Both the position numbers and the translations under genes were made by a program. Below, piece by piece: positions 21,212 to 31,649 of a stretch of DNA of 64,000 nucleotides (the first letter of the stretch is position 1; the number at the start of each line of letters is the position of its first letter). Below the pieces are notes generated by a model. That model had not been told where the DNA came from. It ran no database searches and saw nothing but the letters and a program-made list of their open reading frames with translations. The DNA lies in NCBI GenBank assembly GCA_964202905.1, contig CAXNJO010000002.1:576001-640000 (forward strand), given 5' to 3'. This stretch comes from Polyangiales bacterium. Lineage in GTDB: Bacteria > Myxococcota_A > Polyangia > Polyangiales > JADJQN01.

Positions 21212-22429
21212 TCAGTCGAGCGGCGCGTCGGCGAGGTAGGCAGACGCCACGCGCCCTCGATCGCGCGGCGGCAACAGCGCGCGGCGCGCCTCGACGAAGC
21301 CGGTCAGCCGCGCATGAAACGGCGGTGCCTCGCGCGCGGCGTCCGCGACCGCACGCACGAGCGCGTCGGGCTCGACGGCGAAGCGCAGCCGCGCGGCGAA
21401 CACGCCGAGCAGATCGGGCGCGCAGGGGGCGCGCTCGGCGGAGGGCTGCGCGATCGCGAACGTGACGACGCGGCCGTCGTGCGCACCGAGCCGATCGAGC
21501 GCAGGCGCGAGATCGATCGCGGTGCGCGCGACCAACACGCCATCGGGGACGCGCCCCGCGGACGGCAGCGGAAGCGCCGGGATCGCGAGCGCCGCGCCGA
21601 GGGCCTCCGCATAGGGCCGCGCCGCGTCGTCGACCGCCGTGCATGCGGCGGGGCGCGCGTCGAGGAGTCGCAGCGCGACCGCGGCCCGCGAGACGAGGCG
21701 CGCGGCGTGCGCCGTGTCGAGCTCCAGCGCCGCGAACCGCGCCGAGGCGACCGGCGCGAGCTCGAGCAAGAGCGCACCGTGCTCGAGGAAGTAGAAGTCG
21801 CGCGCGTCCGGCGGCTCGGCATCGGGCGGCACCTCCGCGCGGCGCAGCGCGGCGAGCAGACGGCGGCGCAGGTTCTCGGCGCTCGGGTGCCGCGCGAGCT
21901 CCTCGGCCGCGCCCTCGGCCGCGGCCGGATCGCCCGAGAGCAACGACGACCACGCGAACTGAAAGAGCGCCCCCGGATCGTCCGCGAGACAGGGGTGCAA
22001 CGAGAGGGTCGCGACCGCCGCGGCGTGCTGACCGGAGAGCGCCTGCGCGAGCGCGCGCTCGCTCCGCACGACGGCGTCGAACGGCGCGAGCGTGAGCGCA
22101 TGGCCGAGCACGGCGTCGGCGAGCGTGAGCGCGTCTTCACCGAGCAGGTGCGCGCCGAGTTCGAGCGCGCGGGCCACGTCGTGCGGCGCATCCGCCGCGA
22201 GCCGCGCGAGTTCCGCGGTGCGCGCGCGCCCGAGCAGTTGCAACGCGTCGGCCGCGGCGCGCAAGAGCCGCACATCGTCCGGCGCATCGACGAGGGCCAA
22301 GCCCGCACGCGCGAGCGCGCCGCGCGCATCCCCGCGGGCGAGGATGGAGGCCGCCTCGGCCGCCGCCGCCGCGCTCGCCTCCTCTCGCGCCGCGCGGCGC
22401 TTGCCCGGGAGCCAGTCGAGCAGGCCCAT
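21212..22429 (-). CDS. Hypothetical protein with a TPR-like N-terminus, coupled to hemG
   Basis: Ala/Leu helical repeats; ATG overlaps the hemG TGA. Confidence 0.65.
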   Translation of the reverse strand: MGLLDWLPGKRRAAREEASAAAAAEAASILARGDARGALARAGLALVDAPDDVRLLRAAADALQLLGRARTAELARLAADAPHDVARALELGAHLLGEDALTLADAVLGHALTLAPFDAVVRSERALAQALSGQHAAAVATLSLHPCLADDPGALFQFAWSSLLSGDPAAAEGAAEELARHPSAENLRRRLLAALRRAEVPPDAEPPDARDFYFLEHGALLLELAPVASARFAALELDTAHAARLVSRAAVALRLLDARPAACTAVDDAARPYAEALGAALAIPALPLPSAGRVPDGVLVARTAIDLAPALDRLGAHDGRVVTFAIAQPSAERAPCAPDLLGVFAARLRFAVEPDALVRAVADAAREAPPFHARLTGFVEARRALLPPRDRGRVASAYLADAPLD

Positions 22430-23847
22430 CACGCGCTCCGCGCGGGCGCGTCGAGAGACGCCACGACCCGCGCTGCGGCGCGCTCGCCGCTGTGGATCGC
22501 GTCGGGGATCCCGACACCGCGCAGACCGTTCCCCGCGAGGGCGAGACCGCGCCAGCCCGCCTCGCGCGCCTCGACCGCCGCGACGCGCGCGAGGTGCCCG
22601 AGCAGGTACTGCGGCATCGCCCGCGGGAAACGCCCCACGCGCACGAGATGGGGCCTCGCGCGCACGCCCATCAGCGCCGCGAGCTCCGCGCGCGCCACGG
22701 ACACGAGCGTGTCGTCGTCGCCCGCGAGCACCGCCTCGCCTTGCGCTCCGCCGAAGAACACGCGCACGAGCACCGAGCCCTCCGGCGCGCGCCCCGCGTA
22801 TTTCACGCTCGAGAAAGTGGCCGCCAGCGAGGGGCGCCGCTCGATCGCGGGCACGACCCAGCCGTACGCATCGAGCGCGTGCGGCACCTCGGCCCGGCGG
22901 TACGCGAGCGTGACGGTCGCCGCGGAGCCGAGCGCGATGCCCCCGACGAGCGCCGATGCGCGCGCGTCGATCGGCGCGAGCAGGCGCGCCATCGGCGCCG
23001 GCGGCAGCGCGAGCACGACGCCATCGGCCGCGAGCGCGGACCCATCGGTGAGCGCGACGCGGTAGCCGCCTCCCTCCGTCGGCCCGAGCGCTGCGACCTG
23101 CGCGTTCGTCCGTGCGCGCGGACCGAGCGCCCCCGTGAGCGCGTCGACGAGCGTGGCCATCCCGCGCCGAAACGCGACGAAGAGCCCATACCGCGCCCCG
23201 CTCGCGCCCTCGCGCGGACCCGCTGCGCGCGCGCTGCGCAGCAGGCCGAGCGTCACGCTCCGGTGAACGCGCTCGGCCTCGAGAAAGCGCGGCATCGTCG
23301 CGCGCAAGCTCAAGCGATACGGGTCGGCGCCGTAGATGCCGCCGACGAGCGGCTGCGCGAGGCGCTCGAAGACCTCGACGCCGAATCGCCGCCGCACGAA
23401 CGACGCGAGGCTCTCGTCCTCACGCGGCGCGGCACGCGGCAGCGCGAGCTCGAGCGCGAGCCGCGCCTTGCCGCGCAGCGACAACAGCGGCGTCCGCAGC
23501 ATCGGCAGCGCGCGCTGCGGCGCCATCAGCGAGAATCCCTCGGGCACGCGCACGAGCTTCCCCTCGCGCACGACGTACGCACCGCGGGGCCCCGGCTGCG
23601 TCGGGATGACCTCGGACTCGAGCCCGAGCCGCTGCACGAGCGCCATCGCCCAGGGCTTGTCGGTCACGATGGAGTCGGGCCCCTGCTCGATCACGAAGCC
23701 GTCGTCGGTGATCTCGGTGCCGAGCCACCCGCCGCAGCGCGTCCCGGCCTCGAGCAGCGTGACGTCGAGATCCTCACGCAGCTCGCGCAGCCGATGCGCG
23801 GCCGCGAGCCCGGAGATGCCCCCGCCGACGACGACGACGCGCGCCAC
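22429..23847 (-). CDS. hemG: Protoporphyrinogen/coproporphyrinogen oxidase (HemY/HemG)
   Basis: VVVVGGGISGLAAA, EQGPDS, AMPQY, GVGIPD. Confidence 0.93.
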   Translation of the reverse strand: MARVVVVGGGISGLAAAHRLRELREDLDVTLLEAGTRCGGWLGTEITDDGFVIEQGPDSIVTDKPWAMALVQRLGLESEVIPTQPGPRGAYVVREGKLVRVPEGFSLMAPQRALPMLRTPLLSLRGKARLALELALPRAAPREDESLASFVRRRFGVEVFERLAQPLVGGIYGADPYRLSLRATMPRFLEAERVHRSVTLGLLRSARAAGPREGASGARYGLFVAFRRGMATLVDALTGALGPRARTNAQVAALGPTEGGGYRVALTDGSALAADGVVLALPPAPMARLLAPIDARASALVGGIALGSAATVTLAYRRAEVPHALDAYGWVVPAIERRPSLAATFSSVKYAGRAPEGSVLVRVFFGGAQGEAVLAGDDDTLVSVARAELAALMGVRARPHLVRVGRFPRAMPQYLLGHLARVAAVEAREAGWRGLALAGNGLRGVGIPDAIHSGERAAARVVASLDAPARSA

Positions 23848-23854
23848 CGCGCCC

Positions 23855-24886
23855 TCAGCGCGCGCTCGCCTCGTGGACGTGATCCACGAGCGCCCGCACC
23901 TGGTCGACCGACACCTCGGGATACACGCCGTGCCCGAGGTTGAAGATGTGTCCGTGGCGGCCCCCCGCCGCGCGGAGCACGTCGCTCGCGCGCGCCTTCA
24001 GCACCTCGCGCGGGGCGAGGAGCGAGGCGGGGTCGAGGTTGCCCATGATGCCGACGTCGTGGCCGAGCGCGTCCCACGTCGAGCCGAGATCGACGCGCCA
24101 GTCGACGCCGACGACCGTGCCGCCGGCGGCCTTCATGAGCGGGTAGAGCGCGGGGTTGCCCGTCCCGAAGTGGATCTGCGGCACGTCGGGCGGCAGCGAC
24201 GCGAAGAGCGCGCGCATGTGCGGCTGCACGTAGCGCGCGTAGTCCGCGGGCGAGAGCGCCCCGATCCAGCTGTCGAAGACCTGCACGGCCTCGGCGCCGG
24301 CGTCGATCTGCGCGCGCAGGTAGTCCCCGATCGCGCGCGTCAGCTTGCGCATGAGCGCGTTCCAGAGCCCCTCGTCCGAGAGCATGAGCTGCTTGGTGCG
24401 CAGGTAGTTCTTCGAGCCGCCGCCCTCGATCGCGTACGACGCGAGCGTGAAGGGAGCGCCCGCAAACCCGATGAGGGGCACCTTCCCCGCGAGCCCCGCG
24501 CGGATGCGGCGCACGGCCTCCATCACGTAGCCGAGCGAGTCCGCCGCGCGGATGTCCTCGGAGACGCGGTCGACGTCGGCCGCGGTGCGGACGGGGCGCG
24601 GGATGCTCGGGCCGTCGTCCTTCGTGAACTCGAAGCCGATGCCGAGCGGCTCGAGGATGAGGAGGATGTCCGCGAAGAGGATCGCCGCGTCGACGCCGAG
24701 CTGCTCGACCGGCAGCAGCGTGACCTCGCACGCGAGGTCGGGCGTCTTGCAGAGCTCGACGAAGCTGACCTTCGCGCGGATGGCGCGGTACTCCGGCTGA
24801 TAGCGCCCGGCCTGCCGCATGATCCAGATGGGGGTGTGCGGGACGGGCTCGCGCCGACACGCGCGGAGAAAGACGGAATCGTTCAC
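23855..24886 (-). CDS. hemE: Uroporphyrinogen decarboxylase
   Basis: PIWIMRQAGRY, LIGFAGAPFTLASYAIEGG, GNLDP, IFNLGHG. Confidence 0.97.
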   Translation of the reverse strand: MNDSVFLRACRREPVPHTPIWIMRQAGRYQPEYRAIRAKVSFVELCKTPDLACEVTLLPVEQLGVDAAILFADILLILEPLGIGFEFTKDDGPSIPRPVRTAADVDRVSEDIRAADSLGYVMEAVRRIRAGLAGKVPLIGFAGAPFTLASYAIEGGGSKNYLRTKQLMLSDEGLWNALMRKLTRAIGDYLRAQIDAGAEAVQVFDSWIGALSPADYARYVQPHMRALFASLPPDVPQIHFGTGNPALYPLMKAAGGTVVGVDWRVDLGSTWDALGHDVGIMGNLDPASLLAPREVLKARASDVLRAAGGRHGHIFNLGHGVYPEVSVDQVRALVDHVHEASAR

Positions 24887-25749
24887 TTCATGTCTCCATG
24901 CGCATGCATGCATGAACCGAGCGCCTTCACGAGGTGCCCCATGTGCGCGTGCTCGGGCTGGACCGCGGGGCGCAGGCCGTAGGCGACGAGCCGCTCGGTG
25001 CAGGTCGGCCCGATCGAGCCGAGCGGCGTGCGCCCGAGTGCCTCGAGCAGCGCCTCACGCTGCCCTCGCCCCGCGGCGATCTCGAGCCAGTGATCGAGCT
25101 GCTGCGCGCTCGTGAAGAGGACGGCGTCGACGCGCCCGGCGAGCAGCGCGTCGAGGGCGCGCTCGGCGGGCCCGACGTCGTCGGGGAGCTGCCAGCGGTA
25201 GACCGGCACCGCTTGCACCCGCGCGCCCTCGGCCTCGAGGCCCGCGGTGAGCTCGGGGTGCGGCGCGCCGTAGAGCTGCACGGCCACGCGCGCCCCCGTG
25301 AGCGAGCCGCTGCCGCGCGCGACCTCGAGCAGTTCGCGCCAGGTGTGCGGCTCGGGCGCGGTGAGATAGCCCGTGACGCGGAGCTCCTTCAGCGCGGCGA
25401 CCGTCTTCGGTCCGCGGGCGAGCACGCGCGTCTGCGAGAGCGCCGCCGCGAGCGCGGCGCGGGTCATCACTCCGTCCGCCTCCAGTGAGTCCGCGAGGGC
25501 GCGCGTGCCGACGCCGGTGAGCAGGATCACGAGGTCGAGCGCGCCGGCGGCGAGCGCGTCCGCGAAGGCCCGCACCTCCGGCCCCGCCGTGAGCGCGACC
25601 TCGCGCATCGTCGGCGCGACGAGCGCCTCGCCACCCTGCCGCTCCACGAGGCGCGCCATCTCCGCGGCGCGGCGGCTCTCGAGCACGATCACGCGACGCC
25701 CGGCGAGCGCTCCGCCGCCGACCGAACCGTCCGGCACGGTGGCCGTCAC
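24883..25749 (-). CDS. hemD: Uroporphyrinogen-III synthase
   Basis: LESRRA, LLTGVG, ARGPK, VPVYRW, FTSAQQ, SIGP. Confidence 0.9.
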   Translation of the reverse strand: MTATVPDGSVGGGALAGRRVIVLESRRAAEMARLVERQGGEALVAPTMREVALTAGPEVRAFADALAAGALDLVILLTGVGTRALADSLEADGVMTRAALAAALSQTRVLARGPKTVAALKELRVTGYLTAPEPHTWRELLEVARGSGSLTGARVAVQLYGAPHPELTAGLEAEGARVQAVPVYRWQLPDDVGPAERALDALLAGRVDAVLFTSAQQLDHWLEIAAGRGQREALLEALGRTPLGSIGPTCTERLVAYGLRPAVQPEHAHMGHLVKALGSCMHAHGDMK

Positions 25750-25872
25750 GCGCTCCGCTCCCTGCTCGTCACGGCGCGCAAGGTTCGCGGCGGGTCGGCG
25801 GGTGTCAAGCGCGGGCGGGACACGGGGGCGGCGCACGCTCACAGCGCGCGCGACGCACGAGCGCGGGGCCGT

Positions 25873-27162
25873 TCACATCGCGATCGGCGGCTCGGTGCGC
25901 ACGCCGAGCGCGGCCGCACGCGCCTCCGCGAGCAGGTAGATGCTCCCCGCGACGACGACGGTGCCCCCCGGCCCCGCGAGCGACTGCGCACGCGCGAGCG
26001 CGGCCCGCACGTCACGGACGCACTCCGCAGGCCACCCGGCCGCGAGCGCCTCCGGCTCGGCGGCGCGCGGCGTCTCGGGGCGCGTGAGCACGACCGCGTC
26101 GCAGTGCGGCGCGACGCGCGCGAGCATCTGCGCGTGGTCCTTGTCGCGCATCGCCGCGAAGAGCAGCACGCGGCGCCCGCGACGGGGCGCGACGGAGAGC
26201 GCGGTGGCGAGCGCATCGCAGCCGTCGACGTTGTGCGCGGCGTCGAAGAGGTACGCGACCCCGCCGCGGCGCGCGCGCTCGAGGCGCCCCGGCCAGCGCA
26301 CCCGCGCGAGACCCGCACGGATCGCAGCGTCGGGGACGGCGAGTCCGCGCGCCCGCAGCGCGACGAGCGTGCCGACGGCGATCGCCGCGTTCTCGCGCTG
26401 GTGTGCGCCCGCGAGGGCGACGCGCAGGTCCGCGACGTGCGCCCCGCCGACGCGCACCGAGAACGCGCGGCCCTCCTCGCCGTGCGCGTCGACGTCCTCG
26501 CCGAGCCACGAGACGGGCGCGGCGCCGACGGCCTCCGCCCGCGCGCGGATCGACGCCCGCGCTTCGGGGTCACGCGCCCCGACCACGAGCGGGACGCCGT
26601 GCCGTGCGATCCCCGCTTTTTCCGCGGCGATCGCGGCGATCGTGTCGCCGAGGTACGCCTCGTGATCGCGCGCGATCCGGGTGATCGCGCATGCGAGCGG
26701 CGCCTCGAGCACGTTCGTCGCGTCGAGCCGCCCGCCGAGCCCGACCTCGAGCACCGCGACGTCCACGCGCGCGTCGCGGAACGCCTCGAAGGCGAGCAGC
26801 GTCGCGACCTCGAAGAACGTGAGTGGCGGCGCGCCCGGCGCCTCGAGGAACGCGCGCAGCTGCGTCGCCCGGCGCGCGAGCGCGCGCTCGGCGAGGGGGC
26901 GTCCGTCGACGCGCACGCGCTCGACGAAGCGGTGGAGATGCGGCGAGGTGTAGAGACCCACGCGCAGCCCCGCGGCCCGCAAAGAGGCCGCGACCATCGC
27001 GGAGACGCTGCCCTTCCCGTTGGTCCCCGCGACGTGCACGACGCGCAGCCCGCGCTGCGGATCGCCGCGCAGCGCGAGCGCCGCGTGCATGCGGTCGAGC
27101 TCGAGACGGATCCCGCGCGGCTCGAGCCCGTACAGCCATCGCACCGCGCCGAGATAGTCCAT
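25873..27162 (-). CDS. folC: Folylpolyglutamate/dihydrofolate synthase
   Basis: HVAGTNGKGSV, YTSPHL, EVGLGGRLDATN, WPGR, DAAHN. Confidence 0.96.
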   Translation of the reverse strand: MDYLGAVRWLYGLEPRGIRLELDRMHAALALRGDPQRGLRVVHVAGTNGKGSVSAMVAASLRAAGLRVGLYTSPHLHRFVERVRVDGRPLAERALARRATQLRAFLEAPGAPPLTFFEVATLLAFEAFRDARVDVAVLEVGLGGRLDATNVLEAPLACAITRIARDHEAYLGDTIAAIAAEKAGIARHGVPLVVGARDPEARASIRARAEAVGAAPVSWLGEDVDAHGEEGRAFSVRVGGAHVADLRVALAGAHQRENAAIAVGTLVALRARGLAVPDAAIRAGLARVRWPGRLERARRGGVAYLFDAAHNVDGCDALATALSVAPRRGRRVLLFAAMRDKDHAQMLARVAPHCDAVVLTRPETPRAAEPEALAAGWPAECVRDVRAALARAQSLAGPGGTVVVAGSIYLLAEARAAALGVRTEPPIAM

Positions 27163-27236
27163 CGCGGACCGTGATCTGCCGACGAAGCGGCGCGCCCGCA
27201 AGCCCCGCTGCGCGCGCGGGCCAGCTCGGCGCGGCG

Positions 27237-28076
27237 TCAGTCGACGAGGTGCGAGAGCACGCGGGCGATGGTCGCGCGCATGCTCTGGCGGTCGGCGATG
27301 ATGTCGATCATCCCGTGCTCGAGCAGGAACTCCGCGCGCTGGAAGCCCTCGGGCAGCTTCTCGCGGATCGTCTGCTCGATGACGCGCGCCCCCGCGAAAC
27401 CGATGAGCGCGCGCGGCTCCGCGATGTTGACGTCGCCGAGCAGCGCGAAGCTCGCCGCGACGCCGCCCGTCGTCGGGTCGAGCAACACGCTGATGAACGG
27501 CACGCCGGCCTCGCGCAGGCGCCCGAGCGCGGCGACGGTCTTCGCCATCTGCATCAGCGAGAGCAGCCCCTCCTGCATGCGCGCGCCGCCCGACGACGAG
27601 AGGAGCACGACGGGCTGCCGCTGCGCCGCGCCGCGCTCGAGCATGCGCGTGATCTTCTCGCCGACGACCGAGCCCATGCTGCCGCCCATGAAGCGGAAGA
27701 GGAACGTACCGATTTGCACGGGGCGCCCCTCCATCGCCGCGGATCCCGCGAGGAACGCGTCGGTCACGCCCGTCTTCTTTTGCGAGGCCTTGATCCGATC
27801 GCGGTAGCGCTTGCCGTCCTTGAACTCGAGCGGGTCACCCGAGACGAGGTTCGCGTCGTGCTCTTCGAAACTGCCCGGATCGGTGAGGAGGTCGATCCAG
27901 CCCTCGCCGCTCAGGTGGTAGTGGTGACCGCACTTCGGGCACACCTCGAGGTTGCTGGTGAACTCCTCGGCGAGCAGCGTCTCGCCGCACTCCTCGCAGC
28001 GGCGGAACACGCCTTCGCCGATCGTGCGCTTCTGCGAGGCGTCGATCGCCGCGCGCGTCTTCTCGAACCAGCTCAT
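27237..28076 (-). CDS. accD: Acetyl-CoA carboxylase carboxyltransferase beta subunit
   Basis: Zn finger CEEC..CPKC, FMGGSMG, SGGARMQEG, FQRAEFL. Confidence 0.97.
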   Translation of the reverse strand: MSWFEKTRAAIDASQKRTIGEGVFRRCEECGETLLAEEFTSNLEVCPKCGHHYHLSGEGWIDLLTDPGSFEEHDANLVSGDPLEFKDGKRYRDRIKASQKKTGVTDAFLAGSAAMEGRPVQIGTFLFRFMGGSMGSVVGEKITRMLERGAAQRQPVVLLSSSGGARMQEGLLSLMQMAKTVAALGRLREAGVPFISVLLDPTTGGVAASFALLGDVNIAEPRALIGFAGARVIEQTIREKLPEGFQRAEFLLEHGMIDIIADRQSMRATIARVLSHLVD

Positions 28077-28155
28077 GCCCGCAGCGGGTAGCACGTCCGC
28101 GTCCGCGCAGGAAGGGCGCACCACGGCGCATCCGCTTGCTGGTAGGCTCGGCCGG

Positions 28156-29490
28156 ATGATCTCCCGAGCGGTGCTCGCCCTCGCCGTCGCCGCGCTCGCG
28201 CTGCTCGTCGGCGCCTGCGCGCGCACCGAGTGCAACTTCAACTCGCAGTGCGGCCCGCGCCGCTACTGCTTCGCGTCGTCGTGCCGGCAGGACTGCGCAC
28301 AAGACCTCGACTGCCTGAGCGGGCAGGTCTGCTCGCTCATCGGCCGCTGCGAGTCCCCCTCGGACGCGGGCCCCGGCCCCGCGGATCTCGGTCCGCCAGC
28401 CCCCGATCTCGGTCCGCCAGCCCCCGATCTCGGCCCGCCAGCCCCCGATCTCGGCCCGACCCGCGATCTCGGCCCGGCACCGGTCGACGCGGGCCCGGCA
28501 CCGGTCGACGCGGGCCCGGGTCCCATCGATCTCGGCCCACCCCCCGACCTCGGCGGCCCGCGCCTCGGCTATCTCGCGGACTGCACCGCCGACGCGCAAT
28601 GCGAGTCGGGGCGCTGCGTCGCCGACCTCAGCGCCGGCGCGCGCGTGTGCAGCAAGACGTGCACCGAAGACGCGCAATGCGCCGACTGGCACTTCTGCGT
28701 GCAGGGCGCGCTCGGCACGCCGGGCTTCTGCGCGTGGGACGACACCGGCCGCTCGTGCACCGACGCGACGGCCGATCTCTGCGCCTTCGCGTGCCTGAGC
28801 CCCGGCGGCAGCAATCCCGGGCACTGCTCGCACCTCTGCCGTACGGCGGCCGACTGCGCGGGCGGCTACGGCTGCGTGTTCTCCGCCGCGGGCGACCCGT
28901 CCTCGCTGAAGGTGTGCGCGTGGACGAACCGCAACTGTCCGAGCGCGGCCGACGCGCGCGAGTGCGCCACGTCCCTCGGCGTCTGCGGTGGCGCGGGCAC
29001 CTGGTGCACGGGTCACTGCGCCACGGGCGCCGACTGCCCACGCATCCTCGGCGCCCCCGCCACGTGCGCCGACTCGAACGGACTCGGCTTCAACGTGTGT
29101 GAACCGCCGCTCACCGGCGGCGAGTCGCCGATCGGCACGCCCTGCACGCGCGACGACCAGTGCCGCTCGGGGATCTGCGCGGTGCCCGAGCCGGGCGCGA
29201 CCTCCGTCTGCCTCGAGCGCTGCACGCCGACGTCCGGGTGCCCGGCCGGGTTCGGCTGCAACGCGGCGGTGCTCTCGCGCACCGGCGTCGCCGCGAACAT
29301 CTGCGTCCCCGCCGGTCTCGGCCGCAGCGGCGAAGCGTGCGCGCGCGGTCAGCAGTGCCGCTCGGGCGCGTGCTCGTCGCGCACGGGCCGCTGCATCGAC
29401 TCCTGCCAAAACGGCTTCTGTCCGCCCGGCACCGTGTGCACGCCCGAGGGCCTGACGGTGGAGGGCATCTCCCTCTCGAGCTGCCGATGA
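28156..29490 (+). CDS. Cys-rich secreted lipoprotein with DLGP linker repeats
   Basis: LLVGAC lipobox; many Cys in CxxDxxCxSGxC units. Confidence 0.8.
   Translation: MISRAVLALAVAALALLVGACARTECNFNSQCGPRRYCFASSCRQDCAQDLDCLSGQVCSLIGRCESPSDAGPGPADLGPPAPDLGPPAPDLGPPAPDLGPTRDLGPAPVDAGPAPVDAGPGPIDLGPPPDLGGPRLGYLADCTADAQCESGRCVADLSAGARVCSKTCTEDAQCADWHFCVQGALGTPGFCAWDDTGRSCTDATADLCAFACLSPGGSNPGHCSHLCRTAADCAGGYGCVFSAAGDPSSLKVCAWTNRNCPSAADARECATSLGVCGGAGTWCTGHCATGADCPRILGAPATCADSNGLGFNVCEPPLTGGESPIGTPCTRDDQCRSGICAVPEPGATSVCLERCTPTSGCPAGFGCNAAVLSRTGVAANICVPAGLGRSGEACARGQQCRSGACSSRTGRCIDSCQNGFCPPGTVCTPEGLTVEGISLSSCR
28381..28560 (+). repeat. Coding tandem repeats of about 21 bp (PDLGPPA / VDAGPAP)
   Basis: gatctcggtccgccagccccc repeated; gtcgacgcgggcccggcaccg repeated. 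Confidence 0.85.
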
Positions 29491-29525
29491 CGGGCACGGA
29501 CCCGCACCGCGCCTATGTGGCCACC

Positions 29526-29768
29526 ATGACCCGTGCCCTCGCCTGCCTCGGCCTCGCGCTCGCCCTGAACGCCTGCGGCGCCGCGAACATCACCGACGAC
29601 CCCGACCGCTCGCTCACGCCGGCCGAGCGCGCGACGCCACCCTCGCGCACCGCGAGCGACGAAACGGACGGGCCGACCGCACCGCGGGGCAGCGCCGCGC
29701 GGCCCATCGGCGAGGGCGCCGGCTACGACGAGGGCGACGACGAGACGAGCGGCGGCGAGCGCGAATAG
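29526..29768 (+). CDS. Small acidic lipoprotein
   Basis: MTRALACLGLALALNAC lipobox. Confidence 0.6.
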   Translation: MTRALACLGLALALNACGAANITDDPDRSLTPAERATPPSRTASDETDGPTAPRGSAARPIGEGAGYDEGDDETSGGERE

Positions 29769-29808
29769 CGCCCCGCGCCCGCGGCGCGCGCTCTGGTAGC
29801 TTCGGCCG

Positions 29809-31649
29809 ATGCCTTGGCTGCGCGCCTCCGCACTCGCCGCGACGGCGGGGCTGCTCGTCGCCGCCGCGCTCGCGGCCCGGTCGATCGCGCGCGATCTCCA
29901 GACACCGCGCGCGCTGCACGGCGCGCCCCACGCGACCTCGTCCGCGTGCCGCCGCTGCCACGCGGATCACGACGCCTCCTGGCGGCGCACGTTCCACCGC
30001 ACGATGACGCAGGACGCGCGCGCACCGGGCGCACTGCTCGGTGACTTCGACGGCACGTCGCTGACGTATCTCGGCGTCGAGGCGACGATGGATCGCGGCC
30101 CCGATGGCGCGCCGCGCATGACGCTCCGCGACGCCAGCGGCGCGCTGCTGCGCCGCGCGACCATCGAACGCACCGTCGGCTCCCGGCGCTACCAGCAATA
30201 CCTCGCGCGCGACGCCGACGTGCTGTTCCGGCTGCCGATCGCGTGGAGCGTCGAGGAGGCGCGTTTCTTCTCGCTGAACGGCGCCTTCCTCGGCGCCGAT
30301 CCCGCCGAGCCACCGCCCGACGCGACGGGCATCCCCGCGGGCTACGATCGGCACGTCACGCGCTGGAACGACAATTGTATTTTTTGCCACAATGTGTCAC
30401 CGAATCCCGGATTGGATGCCGCGCGCGGCACCTTCGCGAGCGAGGTCGCCGAGCTGGGCGTCGCCTGCGAGGCGTGTCACGGGCCGGGCGAGGCCCACGC
30501 CGCCGCGAACGCGAGCCCTCTGCGGCGCTACGCGCTCCACGCGAGCGATGTCGCGGACCCGACGATCGTGAACCCGGCGCGACTCGACGCCTCACGCAGC
30601 GCGGAGCTGTGCGGACGCTGCCACGGCCAGCGCATCACGCCGCGGCTCGAGGACTTCCTCGCGCATGGCGATCCGTTCGTGCCGGGCGACGTGCTCGCGC
30701 GCTACAGCGAACCGCTCGCCGCCGACACCGCCCTGCACGGCGAGGCGGGCGTCTTCGCGGAGCGCTTCTGGTCCGATGGCACCGCGCGCCTGACCGCGTA
30801 CGAGTTCCAGGGCTACCGCGCGTCGCCCTGCCGTGCCGACGCCCGCTTCACCTGCGAGACCTGCCACGCGATGCACGACGGCGATCCACGCGGCCAGCTG
30901 CGCCCCGATGCCGCGGGCGACGGCGCCTGCACGCAGTGCCACGCCGCGCTCGCCATCCCCGCGCGTGCGGCCGCGCACGCGAGACATCCCGCCGCAAGCG
31001 CAGGTGCGCGCTGCGTCGCCTGCCACATGCCGCGCGTCGTCTACGGGCTCGTCGATGCGCACCGCAGCCACCGGATCGAGTCGCCGGATCCCTCGGCGCA
31101 GGCGCGCGATCGGCGCCCCGACGCGTGCACGCTGTGCCACGTCGACGAGGGCCGCGCGTGGGCCGTGTCCGCCGCCGCGCGGCTGTTCGGCACGACGGCG
31201 CGAGACGCCGCGCCGAACGCCGCGGCAGGTTCCGCGCCCGACACACGCCTGGACGCGGAGCTCCCCGAGGCCGCGCGCCTGCTCGCGGGCGGCGACCCGA
31301 TCGAGCGCGCCCTCGCCGCGGCTGCACACGGACGGCCCGGCGACTCACCCACGCGCGGCGACGCACGCGCACGCCGCCTCGCGCGGCTGCTCCGCGCCCT
31401 CGACGAGGAGCGCTTCCCGGCGGTCCGCCGCGTCGTCGCGCGCAGCGCCGCGCGGCTCGCGCCCCCGCAGCCGCCCGCGCGCTCCGCGGCTACGACGCGC
31501 TCGCGCCCGAGGACACGCGCCGCGCAGCGCTCGCGCGGGTGTGCGCCGCGCTCCCGGCCGGGGGCTGTGCGCTCTCCGCCGACGAGGCCGCCGCGACCAC
31601 GCGCTGGCGGGCCGATGCACCCGGCCGTGACATCGTGATCGGCGAATGA
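29809..31649 (+). CDS. Octaheme c-type cytochrome, frameshift at the C-run about 31462-31466
   Basis: Eight CxxCH motifs: CRRCH, CIFCH, CEACH, CGRCH, CETCH, CTQCH, CVACH, CTLCH; N-terminal signal/anchor; the C-terminus continues in another frame to ...DIVIGE*. Confidence 0.88.

Noticed and set aside
29809..31649. Cytochrome as NrfA nitrite reductase
   Set aside because: All eight motifs are CxxCH; there is no CxxCK active-site heme.
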